DNA from: Rubripirellula sp. | GTDB taxonomy: Bacteria; Planctomycetota; Planctomycetia; Pirellulales; Pirellulaceae | Assembly (NCBI GenBank): GCA_965216875.1 | Contig: OZ244207.1 | Coordinates: 4,384,001 to 4,448,000 of the forward strand | Length of the DNA stretch: 64,000 nucleotides | Direction of reading: 5' to 3' | Shown here: positions 41,801-50,837 of the stretch, piece after piece | How the letters are laid out: each line of letters begins with the position of its first letter | How positions within the stretch are numbered: the stretch's first letter is position 1 | Position numbers and translations under genes: made by a program | Notes under the pieces: model-generated | Told to the model about the DNA's origin: nothing | Database searches by the model: none | The model's input: only the letters and a program-made list of their open reading frames with translations

Positions 41801-42014
41801 GGGGCTGCTTGCCCACGACCTGCTGGATGGCGCCGGGCTGAGTTTCACCTGTACCAACTGCTTGTTGCACAGCCGGTGGTGACGCGTTCCCAGTGTCGTT
41901 TGCCGAAGCATTTCCTTCGGGTGGGGTGCCAACCGAAAGTGAAGCCATGAACAGAGCAGCAGGGACTGCCAGGAAGGACGAAGCCACTAAGACTCTGCGG
42001 TTGCCGCGTACCAT
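38898..42014 (-). CDS. Secreted DUF11 (OmcB-like) repeat protein with long disordered N-terminal half
   Basis: Signal/anchor, Ser/Pro/Ala-rich region, four Ig-like repeats (YEIIVENRG, YKVRVLNPG, YNLQVQNTG, YEIVVRNRG). Confidence 0.85.
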   Translation of the reverse strand: MVRGNRRVLVASSFLAVPAALFMASLSVGTPPEGNASANDTGNASPPAVQQAVGTGETQPGAIQQVVGKQPRSRTSSRPMGIFSGFGSSKESNKASSQTSQNRSNHNHSAQKKQPEKKDAPRGLLDGFFKKSTAKKSTSSNNKQTHNHKSQPSRAHSTHAHSSHKQSAAHHGRSDAENWDGIPYHNVSKNQNSRSNSSPISDPDQTEVASNGGTRIIRGGSSRTIDAKPASVRRQPTLAAKPSPSIAAPRPASKVPTLAAPIPSRPSVLSSGSSSSRRGDRRSIGGLDASELAAAGRASLTPVEDQSDDLVPKVSRRRIEVAKPEPKIAKKPAPTPAAAPEKVARKSLPKTESPALAPAPAATKEVAAAQPEQAPSTSLAAPKAQPTYNEPAVPTPQIAASAKPSTGTPSMSVGHRSGPPQAAFAPVDPKQSQFDAPAPQYDSSAPVGSGIALPSTQAESNVAQLQPPQQTAPNYDPYAATPATPQLGAPSPAPGRLSTTGQPIAAPAERVAQRPARPSVPTRENATVPMHAIRGNAAGSPAVTETADNFASSNFDARNQMRNNLGIQGASRVASELPGIRVVTNGPSAVMIRQTNPYEIIVENRGSIAAEGLMVRALVPDWAELKGQNSTRGNIEAQTQGTSKRLVWTIDQLPAGASERMSLQLRAERSGTYDLDVDWTLVPQKNIAKVQVHEPKLGLSIDGPDEVVFGKSQTYKVRVLNPGDGIAPNVVFTLSPNSATPQTQRIGDIPPGKEAQFEVELTAQDLGDLKIHGLASGDLELRAEAAKTIRVSSAKLEAVLTGPELRYQNTESAYNLQVQNTGSATSEKISASLRLPTGATYLGGIDGAQLRGQDLRWEIESLAPGATRSYQFRCNMDAPGQHQFAFQCRGSAAGKASVAIATRVESIADLVLSVSDPTAPAPIGSDVTYEIVVRNRGSKEATDVQTVAQFSHGIEPQRIEGQSGEVVTGQVLFDAIPRIAPGQEIRMRVIAKADRGGHHRFRTEVRAGDTVLVAEEATHYVSASSERVSRRSSDSSNK

Positions 42015-42395
42015 GCGTACATCTCGCGTGTGTGCGTGAAGAAAGGAATCTGTTTCAGCATCGGCCAGTACGGTTGTTCGCATTGAATCAAATTTGACGA
42101 TTACAACGATTCCACCGGGGGTAGGTGCGGTGGGATCGCTAGCCGCAACGCGATGGAGCTTGGGCAGTACCGGTGAGCCGCTGGCCGTGAGGCCTCGGGT
42201 CACAAGAACCGCACGCTATCGCGTTGCGGCTGATAACTGGAACTCGCCCACCTTCTGGCGAAGGTAGCTACGGCTGGCTAGGGGCGAACAACAAAGCGGA
42301 GACAGCCACAGCCCTCCCGAGGTGGATGGCAAAATGCTAGAGTCACAGCTTTGCCCAAACTGCCAAAGCCAAGAAACGAAGACTGGCAAATACCG

Positions 42396-42719
42396 ATGAG
42401 CCGTAGAGAAAAGATCGAAGCGATGTTGGCCGATGATCCAACCGACACCTTCTTGCGTTATAGCCTGGCGATGGAATATCGCAGTGAGGGCAATCACGAG
42501 GAAAGCTTGAGTCGCCTTACCGATCTCACCAAAGACACGCCTCCCTACATTCCCGCCTTTTTCATGGCTGGCCAGCAACTGGTTGATCTCGATCGCATCG
42601 ACGAAGCAAGACAGTTCCTTCGTGATGGAATCGATCAGGCGCGCGAGCAGGGCGACGCGCACGCCGCTGCAGAAATGAGCGAACTGTTGACAACCCTCGG
42701 CGAAATGGGCGAACTGTAG
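42396..42719 (+). CDS. Small TPR-like protein
   Basis: MLADDPTDTFLRYSLAMEY..YIPAFFMAGQ..GDAHAAAEM. Confidence 0.8.
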   Translation: MSRREKIEAMLADDPTDTFLRYSLAMEYRSEGNHEESLSRLTDLTKDTPPYIPAFFMAGQQLVDLDRIDEARQFLRDGIDQAREQGDAHAAAEMSELLTTLGEMGEL

Positions 42720-42811
42720 AGCAAGCCAGCGCTGTGAAACGATTCAGTTTCACGGTGCGTTCTTTGTGCCGCCCATCGGCCCTTTCAACAAATTCCAGGT
42801 GGCCGCCCGCG

Positions 42812-43570
42812 ATGGATTCGTCAACTGCGATAGTGCTGCGAACGGTTGAATTTAGCGAAACCAGCCTCATCGTCACTTTGCTTTCACGCGACTTCGGCAA
42901 GGTGTCCGCATTGGCAAAAGGGGCGAGACGTCCCAAGGGGCCCTTCGAAGGATCGCTTGACCTACTTGCCGTCTGTCGTGTAGTCGTTCTTCGTAAGAGT
43001 TCCGATGCGCTCGACCTGCTGACCGAAGCGAAGTTACATCGCCGGTTTCGCGGGGGCGAAAAGTCTTTGGAACGACTGTACGGTGGGTATTACGTGGCCG
43101 AAATGCTACGTCTGCTGACCGACGATCACGACCCTCACCCAGATGTGTACGACTTGACACTCGAAACGCTCAATCAAATTGATGGCCAGGGCGACGTTGC
43201 TTCGTCGCTTGCCTATTTTGATTTGCAAGCGCTGCGAATGTTGGGACACGCAATGGGAACGGACTCGTGTACCAGCTGTGGCGGCACGGTCGCCGACACA
43301 GCTCGTCTTAGCTTTGCACTGTTGACCGGCGGAATCATCTGCTCGGCCTGCAGAGCAAAACAACGACAAATCATCAGCGTTCGTAGAGAGGTGTTGGATG
43401 AGATCAAGCGATTGATCAGCCCCTCCACACAACTGCCGACACGAGTTCCTCATCAGCTTTATGGCGAACTTCGTGCGGTCCTGAACCGATACATACAATC
43501 ATTGCTGGGCAGCACTCCGAAAATGCAGCCCTTTTTGCCAAATGCGCCAAGGATGGAACCGACCGCATGA
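42812..43570 (+). CDS. recO: DNA repair protein RecO
   Basis: AIVLR..FSETSLIVTLLSRDFGKVSALAKGARR and a C4 zinc motif. Confidence 0.92.
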   Translation: MDSSTAIVLRTVEFSETSLIVTLLSRDFGKVSALAKGARRPKGPFEGSLDLLAVCRVVVLRKSSDALDLLTEAKLHRRFRGGEKSLERLYGGYYVAEMLRLLTDDHDPHPDVYDLTLETLNQIDGQGDVASSLAYFDLQALRMLGHAMGTDSCTSCGGTVADTARLSFALLTGGIICSACRAKQRQIISVRREVLDEIKRLISPSTQLPTRVPHQLYGELRAVLNRYIQSLLGSTPKMQPFLPNAPRMEPTA

Positions 43571-44889
43571 CGCGACCTATTCGACAACCATGGATCACAG
43601 CGTCGACGATCTGCGCAGCCGCTTTGCTATCAGGCTGCCAAACGATCGCGCAAACTCCCCCTGCCGCCACACCGCCGACCACGCCAAGCGTCGTGCCGGT
43701 CTCGGCGACCAGTCCGATCACGGGCGAGACGCCCCCAGCGGAAGCAACCAGCCCAGTTGCGGAAGTTCCCAAAGCGACCAACGCGTTTGAAAAAACGCAG
43801 AAGACGGCCGACTCGATGCTGAGGTTCGTCACTGGACGAAAACAAGAATCGGCCAGCAACGCGAAAGAGTTCTACCAGCAAGGCCACAACCTGTTCTTGC
43901 AAGCCAAAGAACAGTCCGCCGAAGAAAACAAAAAGACATTCCGCGCGGCCGCAAAGGCATTTCGCAATGCGGCCGAAGCGGCACCAGGCTCGGCGCTCGA
44001 GCAGGACTCGCTTTACATGCAAGGCGAAGCCCTGTTTTTTGCCGACCGCCTGAACGATGCCACCGAGGTCTATCAACAACTGCAAAAGGATTACCCGCGC
44101 AGTCGCCACACCGACCGAGTCGCGTCGCGTTTGTTTACGATCAGCCGCTATTGGATCGACACTGAAAAGGCGAACAAAGACAGCTGGTTCAAGTTCAACT
44201 TGACCGACCCCAAGCGTCCTCGCGTTGACGTTGATGGCCACGCAATCCGCGTGCTCGATCAAATTCGCTACGACGATCCGACTGGTCGGCTCGCGGATGA
44301 TGCGACGATGGCGGCAGCCGCCGAGTACATTCGCCAAGAAAAGTTTGAAGAGGCCGACGGCTTCCTGACCGACCTTCGAGAGACCTTTACCGACAGCGAT
44401 CACTTTTTCCTCGCCCACCTGCTGGGGATTCAGTGCAAGCTCGAGATCTACGAAGGGCCTCGTTACAGTGGGCTCGTCTTGGAAGAAGCACAAAAGCTTG
44501 TCGAACAAACGCGGCAACGGTTTCCACGCCGCATGCGGGAAGAAAAGTACCGAGACATCGTTGCAAAGTCCGCTGCCGAGATTGGGTATCGACAAGCTGA
44601 ACGCTGGGTCGTCCGCGCCGACTATCGCGAAAAACGAAAAGAGTTTGGTGCCGCTCGGTTCTGCTACCAGAAACTCTTGGAACTGCATCCTCAGACGCCA
44701 CAAGCTGACAAAGCGCGCGAGCGATTGGCAGCCATCGAAGCTTACCCAGCGATCCCGACGCGTCGACTTGCTTGGTTGACCAAGGTCTTTCCCGAATCGC
44801 GGCGTTCCGATCCGTTGGAAACCGTCGATGCGGTCAACGGCACCGACCAACCTCAGGATGAACAACAACCACAAACGATCCTTCGCTAG
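43567..44889 (+). CDS. TPR lipoprotein, BamD-like
   Basis: Lipobox LSGC, TPRs (YQQLQKDYPRS, YQKLLELHPQT), adjacent to lptE. Confidence 0.75.
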   Translation: MTRPIRQPWITASTICAAALLSGCQTIAQTPPAATPPTTPSVVPVSATSPITGETPPAEATSPVAEVPKATNAFEKTQKTADSMLRFVTGRKQESASNAKEFYQQGHNLFLQAKEQSAEENKKTFRAAAKAFRNAAEAAPGSALEQDSLYMQGEALFFADRLNDATEVYQQLQKDYPRSRHTDRVASRLFTISRYWIDTEKANKDSWFKFNLTDPKRPRVDVDGHAIRVLDQIRYDDPTGRLADDATMAAAAEYIRQEKFEEADGFLTDLRETFTDSDHFFLAHLLGIQCKLEIYEGPRYSGLVLEEAQKLVEQTRQRFPRRMREEKYRDIVAKSAAEIGYRQAERWVVRADYREKRKEFGAARFCYQKLLELHPQTPQADKARERLAAIEAYPAIPTRRLAWLTKVFPESRRSDPLETVDAVNGTDQPQDEQQPQTILR

Positions 44890-44897
44890 GTGGTTGG

Positions 44898-45470
44898 TTG
44901 GAAGTGAGTGGTTTGGTGAACACGATTTACCGAAAAACGCTTTGCGCCCCGATGGCTTTCGCCGTCACGATTGCGTTGCTGCTTTGCACGGCCACTGGGT
45001 GTGCGCGTTATCAATTTGGCTCACAGTCGCTGTACCGTTCCGACATCCGCACGGTCCACGTTCCGATCGTTCAAAACGATACGTTTCGCCACGACCTTGG
45101 AACACGCCTGACCGAAGCTTTGGTCCGCGCGATCGAACGACGCTCGCCCTACAATGTGACCGGCGACCCCTACGCCGATAGCACGCTCAAGTGCCGCATC
45201 GTCGCCGAGTCGAAAAGCGTACTGACGGAAACGAACACGGATGACCCTCGAGCGCTCGACGCGGCACTCACCGTCCGCGCCGATTGGATGAGTCGCAATG
45301 GCGAATACTTGATGCAAAACGCCGTCGCCAACGCAGACGATCCAACGATCAACTTTGGGATCGACGCCCGTTTTGTTCCCGAAGCAGGCCAATCGATCGA
45401 CTCGGCAACCCAGGACGCAATCGAACAACTCGCCGAACGCATCGTTTCGCAAATGGAAATGCGCTGGTGA
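44898..45470 (+). CDS. lptE: LPS assembly lipoprotein LptE family
   Basis: Lipobox ATGC, IRTVHVP, LTEAL, LAERIV; start may be at 44952. Confidence 0.75.
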   Translation: MEVSGLVNTIYRKTLCAPMAFAVTIALLLCTATGCARYQFGSQSLYRSDIRTVHVPIVQNDTFRHDLGTRLTEALVRAIERRSPYNVTGDPYADSTLKCRIVAESKSVLTETNTDDPRALDAALTVRADWMSRNGEYLMQNAVANADDPTINFGIDARFVPEAGQSIDSATQDAIEQLAERIVSQMEMRW

Positions 45471-46312
45471 TCACTCATTGGGACCTCGGACGTCGCAAAC
45501 TCTCTTTCCAGCGAAAACCTCTGGTGATGGGCATCCTGAATGTCACACCCGACAGCTTCTCTGACGGTGGTAAGCACAACGATCCTACCACCGCGATCAA
45601 TGTCGCCTTGCAAATGGAACAAGACGGTGCAGACATCATCGACATTGGTGGTGAAAGCACCCGGCCCTACAGCGATCCTGTCGCAGTCGACGACGAACTC
45701 GCTCGCGTGATCCCCGTCATCGACGGGCTCGCTGGCAAACTCTCGATTCCGATCAGCATCGACACGACCAAGGCTGCCGTCGCCAAAGCCTCGGTGGATG
45801 CCGGCGCCGAAATCATCAACGACATCAGTGGTCTCGAAGGCGATCCACAAATGCCTGAAACGGCCGTCGCTTCGGGCGTCGGCATTTGCGTGATGCACAT
45901 GAAGGGTACGCCGCAAACGATGCAGGATGACCCGACCTATAAAGATGTCGTGTCCGAAATCCACAGTTATCTGATTGCTCGCCGGGATCATTGCCTTTCG
46001 CTCGGCATTCCCAAAGAGCGTCTTTGCCTCGATCCAGGAATTGGTTTCGGCAAGACACACGAGCACAACGTGGAACTGTTGAAAGCCACTGGCCAGTTCT
46101 GCCAGCTCGATTGCCCGATCCTTATCGGTCATTCAAGAAAAGGCTTCATCGGCAAATTGATCGGCGACAAAGAAGCTGACCGAATGGCCGGAACCCTCGG
46201 CGTCTCACTTGCCGTCGCTGCCGCGGGAGCGCACGTGATCCGAGTTCACGACGTCCCCGAAACCGTGCAAGCACTCAAACTCTTCGCCGCTGCCGGCGGC
46301 CTGGAAGCGTGA
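45467..46312 (+). CDS. folP: Dihydropteroate synthase
   Basis: MGILNVTPDSFSDGG, DIGGESTRP, DPGIGFGK, SRK, RVHDV. Confidence 0.96.
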   Translation: MITHWDLGRRKLSFQRKPLVMGILNVTPDSFSDGGKHNDPTTAINVALQMEQDGADIIDIGGESTRPYSDPVAVDDELARVIPVIDGLAGKLSIPISIDTTKAAVAKASVDAGAEIINDISGLEGDPQMPETAVASGVGICVMHMKGTPQTMQDDPTYKDVVSEIHSYLIARRDHCLSLGIPKERLCLDPGIGFGKTHEHNVELLKATGQFCQLDCPILIGHSRKGFIGKLIGDKEADRMAGTLGVSLAVAAAGAHVIRVHDVPETVQALKLFAAAGGLEA

Positions 46313-46377
46313 TCCGACGGCTGTTTCAGTGAGCCGAACGCTAGCGTTGCAGGTTGCAATCGCGTTTGCGGTCTAAA

Positions 46378-46486
46378 CACTCTCCCTTGGGAGAGTCGGG
46401 CTCTAAGGCCCGGAGAGGGGCTGTTTCGGAACGATTGTTCCCTCCCCGGGCCTTAGAGACCGACCCTCCCGCAAGCGGGAGGGTGT
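46378..46486. repeat. ctctccc/gggaggg multi-hairpin palindromic repeat
   Basis: Nested inverted arms; related to 24824-24916. Confidence 0.7.
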
Positions 46487-46550
46487 TATTGGAACGCACG
46501 CTAACTCGGGCAAGCGCTTCACCACATGGCGATGTAACTCTCCATCAACC

Positions 46551-48056
46551 CTACTTGCCTTCGGCGGCCCATTTCTTCATTTGAGCAATGTTCGTTTCGA
46601 GAACCTTGACTCGATCGGGCGTCTGTTTGCGTTTAACACCTTCCAAATAGACGGCCATGTCACTGTCGAACATTTCCTCCGATTCGGGCTCCGTGCCCTG
46701 GTCGCCCGTGGTTTCTTCCCACCACTGCAAACGCTGCCTCATTTCCTTCAAGACCAAAAGGAAGTCGGGCGAGTCAGCGAGATTGTGAATCTCATGTGGG
46801 TCCGCGTTCAGGTCATAGAGTTCCTCTGGGGGGCGCTGCGGAGCGAGCAATTTCGCTTGGATTTCATCGAGCCGCCCCTCTTTGCCAGCCTTTCGAATCG
46901 CCGCGACGATTGCCTTTTTGTCTTTGTAGGCGTTCGGCTGCAAATGCGGCCGCTGGTGCAAGTAGTTGCGAATGTACTTGAATTCGTGGGAACGAACGCT
47001 GCGCAAATGTTCGACCGTTTCATCACATCGATCGCGAGCGGCATAGACGGCGTCGCGCGGCTGGTAGTCCGTTGCCAAAATATCTTTGGCCTGCATCGAC
47101 TCAGGGATCTCGATCCCGGCGGCTGCCAACGACAGCGCCGCGATGTCGATGTGTTCGACCAGATCATCACGACGGGTATCGACATCGACCGACGGCCCCG
47201 CGATCACAAGTGGAACGTGCAGCCCCTCGTCGTACATGAACTGTTTGCCACGCGCGTGTGAGATCCCATGATCGGTCATGAAAAGCACGATCGTGTTTTC
47301 GAGATCGCCTTCACGGGTGAGTTTTTCAATCACCTGGCCAACCATCACGTCCGTTTCGCGAACGGTGTCGAGGTAGGCGGCCCAATCCGTAAGCAACACG
47401 GGATCGTTTGGATAGTAGGGCGGCAGCGTGACCTGATCAGGCATCGTCCGCTTGCCGAATAACTTCTCCGCTCGCTGCCCCGTCCGCTCGAAAGACTTCA
47501 AATCGGCGCCACGAAGTTTGCCGCCAGGTGTTTGAATCTGTGCGAAAAAGGGCTGACCCTGCTCGCGGTCTGCCCAATCCACGCCGTCATACATCTTCTC
47601 GTCCCACTCGAAGTTGTAGTCGGTCTTGCCTTTCCTTCCCGGTCGGATCGGCCAGCCAGTAATGGACGTGTAGTAACCGGCCTCTTGGAACAACTCGGGA
47701 ATCGGCCGAACATTGTCAGGCAAATTGATCTTTAACTCACCGCGACCACTGCGATGATGATGGGCACCAATCGATGTCTGGTACATGCCCGTGATGAAGG
47801 CCGACCGGCACGTCGAACAAACCGGTGCGGTGACATAAGCGTTTGAAAAAAGCGTACCCCGCTTGGCAAGCGCATCGACGTTCGGCGTCGCGACGACCGT
47901 TTCGCCATAGCATGAAAAGTTCGCCGACATGTCATCGACAATGATCCAAAGCACGTTCGGCCGCGAGGGATCCGTGCTTTGAGCAGGTAGCTTCGCGGCA
48001 CAACAACAAAGGACGGTAGCAAGAACGACCAGGGCAGAGGTGAGCGGGCGTGACAT
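46551..48056 (-). CDS. Secreted formylglycine-dependent sulfatase
   Basis: PNVLWIIVDD, CSTCR (CxxxR), TDHG, ELYDL..DP.E. Confidence 0.95.
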   Translation of the reverse strand: MSRPLTSALVVLATVLCCCAAKLPAQSTDPSRPNVLWIIVDDMSANFSCYGETVVATPNVDALAKRGTLFSNAYVTAPVCSTCRSAFITGMYQTSIGAHHHRSGRGELKINLPDNVRPIPELFQEAGYYTSITGWPIRPGRKGKTDYNFEWDEKMYDGVDWADREQGQPFFAQIQTPGGKLRGADLKSFERTGQRAEKLFGKRTMPDQVTLPPYYPNDPVLLTDWAAYLDTVRETDVMVGQVIEKLTREGDLENTIVLFMTDHGISHARGKQFMYDEGLHVPLVIAGPSVDVDTRRDDLVEHIDIAALSLAAAGIEIPESMQAKDILATDYQPRDAVYAARDRCDETVEHLRSVRSHEFKYIRNYLHQRPHLQPNAYKDKKAIVAAIRKAGKEGRLDEIQAKLLAPQRPPEELYDLNADPHEIHNLADSPDFLLVLKEMRQRLQWWEETTGDQGTEPESEEMFDSDMAVYLEGVKRKQTPDRVKVLETNIAQMKKWAAEGK

Positions 48057-48219
48057 GCGATTGAATTCTGGTTCTGGGCATCAGGTGGTGGCTTTCGAAG
48101 ACGGCCCGACATTGTAAACCAATCCTGACATCTTGCGCGCCCAGGCGTTGCCAGAGACGACCCAACCAACGCATCGCGTTCGCTTCAACCAGAAAGGTTG
48201 TCGAAGGGGTTTCGGCGAA

Positions 48220-49449
48220 TCAACCGCCCCAGGGCGTGTTGACCAAAATGCCAAAGTAGAGCCCGACGTCGGTTCGTTCGTCGAGACTTTCACGCGTTGA
48301 GATTCCGCCTTGAACGCCAAACTCCATGCCCACCCGAGTTCGATGATCAAGTCGGATGTCGCGAGTTTCGATCAATTCACGCGAGGGTCGGCCGAGTGGA
48401 AACTCGTAGCGGATTCCGGCCGAGAGGGTTGATACCGGCGCGCTGCCGTTTTCGGTCCCACCGTTGTTCAGCGCGGTGGTGATTCCCAACCCAACCGTGC
48501 CGCCAACGCGCCAACCAAGCGACGCAAGCGTGCCTCGTTTTCCAAACACATCTGCAAAGCGTTCACTGATCAGTGGCATCGGAAAATAGAGTTCGATCAC
48601 ATCAAGTGAAGCGAGAATCGCTCCGTCGTTGAACAAGTCGAACTCACCATCGTTGCTCCGCTTCAAGTCCATGAAGACGCGCGCTTTGGGCTGAAAGAAT
48701 CGCACCTCAGGCAGTCGCAGCATGCCGGGCTCGATCAGTTCTCCATCAAGGCTTGAAAGCTGAGAGTGAAAGATGATGTCGTCGGCGGGCACTTCGTAAC
48801 GAACCACCCGAATCTTCTTCGCCTCTTGGCGAGATTTGATCGGACTCCAAAACGTCTTCAATCGTTGCGTGATCGAATCGTCCGCCGCATTGGGATCAGG
48901 AACTTCGACAAGCTGTCCTTCGATCCCACGCTTCAAAAAGGCCTGATTCGTTGCCACGTCATCAAGCGGAACTTCATAACGCACAATCCGATTCGACTGT
49001 GAATGGGTTGTGAAGGCGGGAATGGGCTGCACTGCGCCGATTTCTTCCGCATCAAGTGCGGCGAACGCGTTCTGCACCGCCGAACTCGGGAAGGGCTCGC
49101 TTGGTTGGCGCGCTGGCGGCGAAACGTATTCGTCCATCGCACCGATCTGCAGAGGCTCGATCTGCAGAGGCTCACTGGACGCGGGCTCACTGGAGACGGG
49201 CTCGCTGGGGAAAGACAACGGGGCGGGCGTTTGCGACTGAGTCAACCACGCCGGCGGCGCTTCGGTCGAAGGCAGCCGTGTGACGCCTCCCTTGCGTTGA
49301 AGCGTTCCCGAATCAGGCATCGCTAAGTCGGGCATCGCCAATCCGCTCTCGACAAGACGATCCTGCGACTCCGCTTGGCGGCACATCAACATGGCGCACA
49401 GCGGGACTGCGAAGAGCGCAATTGCGGTCGTGGAGAACGTTGAACGCAT
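48220..49449 (-). CDS. Hypothetical secreted protein, possible C-terminal beta-barrel
   Basis: Signal peptide, Pro-rich linker, alternating beta-strands in the C-terminal region. Confidence 0.7.
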   Translation of the reverse strand: MRSTFSTTAIALFAVPLCAMLMCRQAESQDRLVESGLAMPDLAMPDSGTLQRKGGVTRLPSTEAPPAWLTQSQTPAPLSFPSEPVSSEPASSEPLQIEPLQIGAMDEYVSPPARQPSEPFPSSAVQNAFAALDAEEIGAVQPIPAFTTHSQSNRIVRYEVPLDDVATNQAFLKRGIEGQLVEVPDPNAADDSITQRLKTFWSPIKSRQEAKKIRVVRYEVPADDIIFHSQLSSLDGELIEPGMLRLPEVRFFQPKARVFMDLKRSNDGEFDLFNDGAILASLDVIELYFPMPLISERFADVFGKRGTLASLGWRVGGTVGLGITTALNNGGTENGSAPVSTLSAGIRYEFPLGRPSRELIETRDIRLDHRTRVGMEFGVQGGISTRESLDERTDVGLYFGILVNTPWGG

Positions 49450-49695
49450 GGAGAATCAATCAAGACTCGCGGGACACCATCACGTGCTGCGAAGAGTACG
49501 TGAAACCGACGGCAAATCGCAAGAGAACTCCGCCATTGACGCTTGTGAGAACGATTCACACACGGCAACCGGCCGCGATTCGTATTGTTCTCGTCAGGTG
49601 CTTTCGCTAACAATCCGCTTTCCCGACTTCTCCTAACTGACCCGCGTTGCCCTTTTTTCACAACAACGTGTTTCCCCAATCGAATTGTGAATGTT

Positions 49696-50694
49696 ATGCA
49701 AGCAAATCGTCTTCCTTTCGTCGCTGCGATCGTTACCGCCTTTGTCTTGATCAGCAGTGCAACGGCGCTGGCCCAGCCGAACGCGATCGACACAGAACTG
49801 GAACGTCTTCGTGGGCATTGGCAAGTTGTCGAGATGATCGACGATGGCAACGGGATTCCCGAAAACCAAATGCAGCAGTGGCTACCTGGGGGCGGCGTTT
49901 TCGAGATCGTTGACTACACGATCCTTTTCCAGTCGCCGATCGATGGCAGCAAGACGACCAAGACCTTCCGACTTGATCCAACTTCGTACCCCAAGCGAAT
50001 CGCCATTCTTGAGCGTGACACAACCAAGGGGATGGGGATCTACAAGTATGACCAGGGCAAACTTGTGGTTTGTATCGCACGTGGATCGGCCAAGAGTCCG
50101 AACGACTTCAGTGCAACACAAGGTTCCAACCGCACGCTGCTGGTGATGGAACGCTTTGAACCGGGCCGCAGCGTTCCGGGACTCAATGCCGCGCTGCCAC
50201 AACAGGCACCGGTCGAGATGAAGGCTCCCGTTGTTCCGCAGCCACAACTTCCTCCACCGCCCCAACCCGAACCGATTGCTGTTTCGCGCCAGCCCCTTCC
50301 TCAACAGGCACCGCAACCGAGCCCAGCCGTGATCGCTGCCGGGGAAGCAAGTCGAATCTTGACGGACGATGACGTTCGCAACATGACCTTTGGCCGCTGG
50401 CGAATGAACGACACCGAAGGATCGATCGACATCGTCTTTGACCCCAACGGGACGTTCCAAACCTACCGTTACTATCGCACGCTTGCCAATTTCCAATTCG
50501 TCTTTGTGCCCACTCCGATCTCAACAGGCAATTGGTCGATCGTTGATGGTCGGCTGATCGCAAACGTGACCGCCTCGACACGTCGCCAGAACGTCAACCA
50601 ATCGTTCGTGCCTGCGGTTCGCTCGATTTCGAACACCGACATGATCTTGGTCGACCACCTTGGCCGCGTTTCGCGTGCCGTGAAAATGCGGTAA
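49696..50694 (+). CDS. Secreted TIGR03067-domain protein
   Basis: ELERLRGHWQVV..DG, FRLDPTSYPKRI, GIYKYDQGKLVVC. Confidence 0.85.
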   Translation: MQANRLPFVAAIVTAFVLISSATALAQPNAIDTELERLRGHWQVVEMIDDGNGIPENQMQQWLPGGGVFEIVDYTILFQSPIDGSKTTKTFRLDPTSYPKRIAILERDTTKGMGIYKYDQGKLVVCIARGSAKSPNDFSATQGSNRTLLVMERFEPGRSVPGLNAALPQQAPVEMKAPVVPQPQLPPPPQPEPIAVSRQPLPQQAPQPSPAVIAAGEASRILTDDDVRNMTFGRWRMNDTEGSIDIVFDPNGTFQTYRYYRTLANFQFVFVPTPISTGNWSIVDGRLIANVTASTRRQNVNQSFVPAVRSISNTDMILVDHLGRVSRAVKMR

Positions 50695-50837
50695 TCGCGG
50701 TCTTCGCGACACCGACCAATCCAAGCTTTTTCGACAACCTCGTGAAACCTTCGTATACAATTGGCATCTAAGTCCCTAGGTGGGTAGGCAAACCGCCAGG
50801 ACGCTTTTTATCGATTGTTTTATGAGGTTCATTGGGC

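Noticed and set aside
48220..48235. C-terminal GG as a ubiquitin-like modifier
   Set aside because: The protein is secreted, has no beta-grasp features and has no E1/JAB neighbours.
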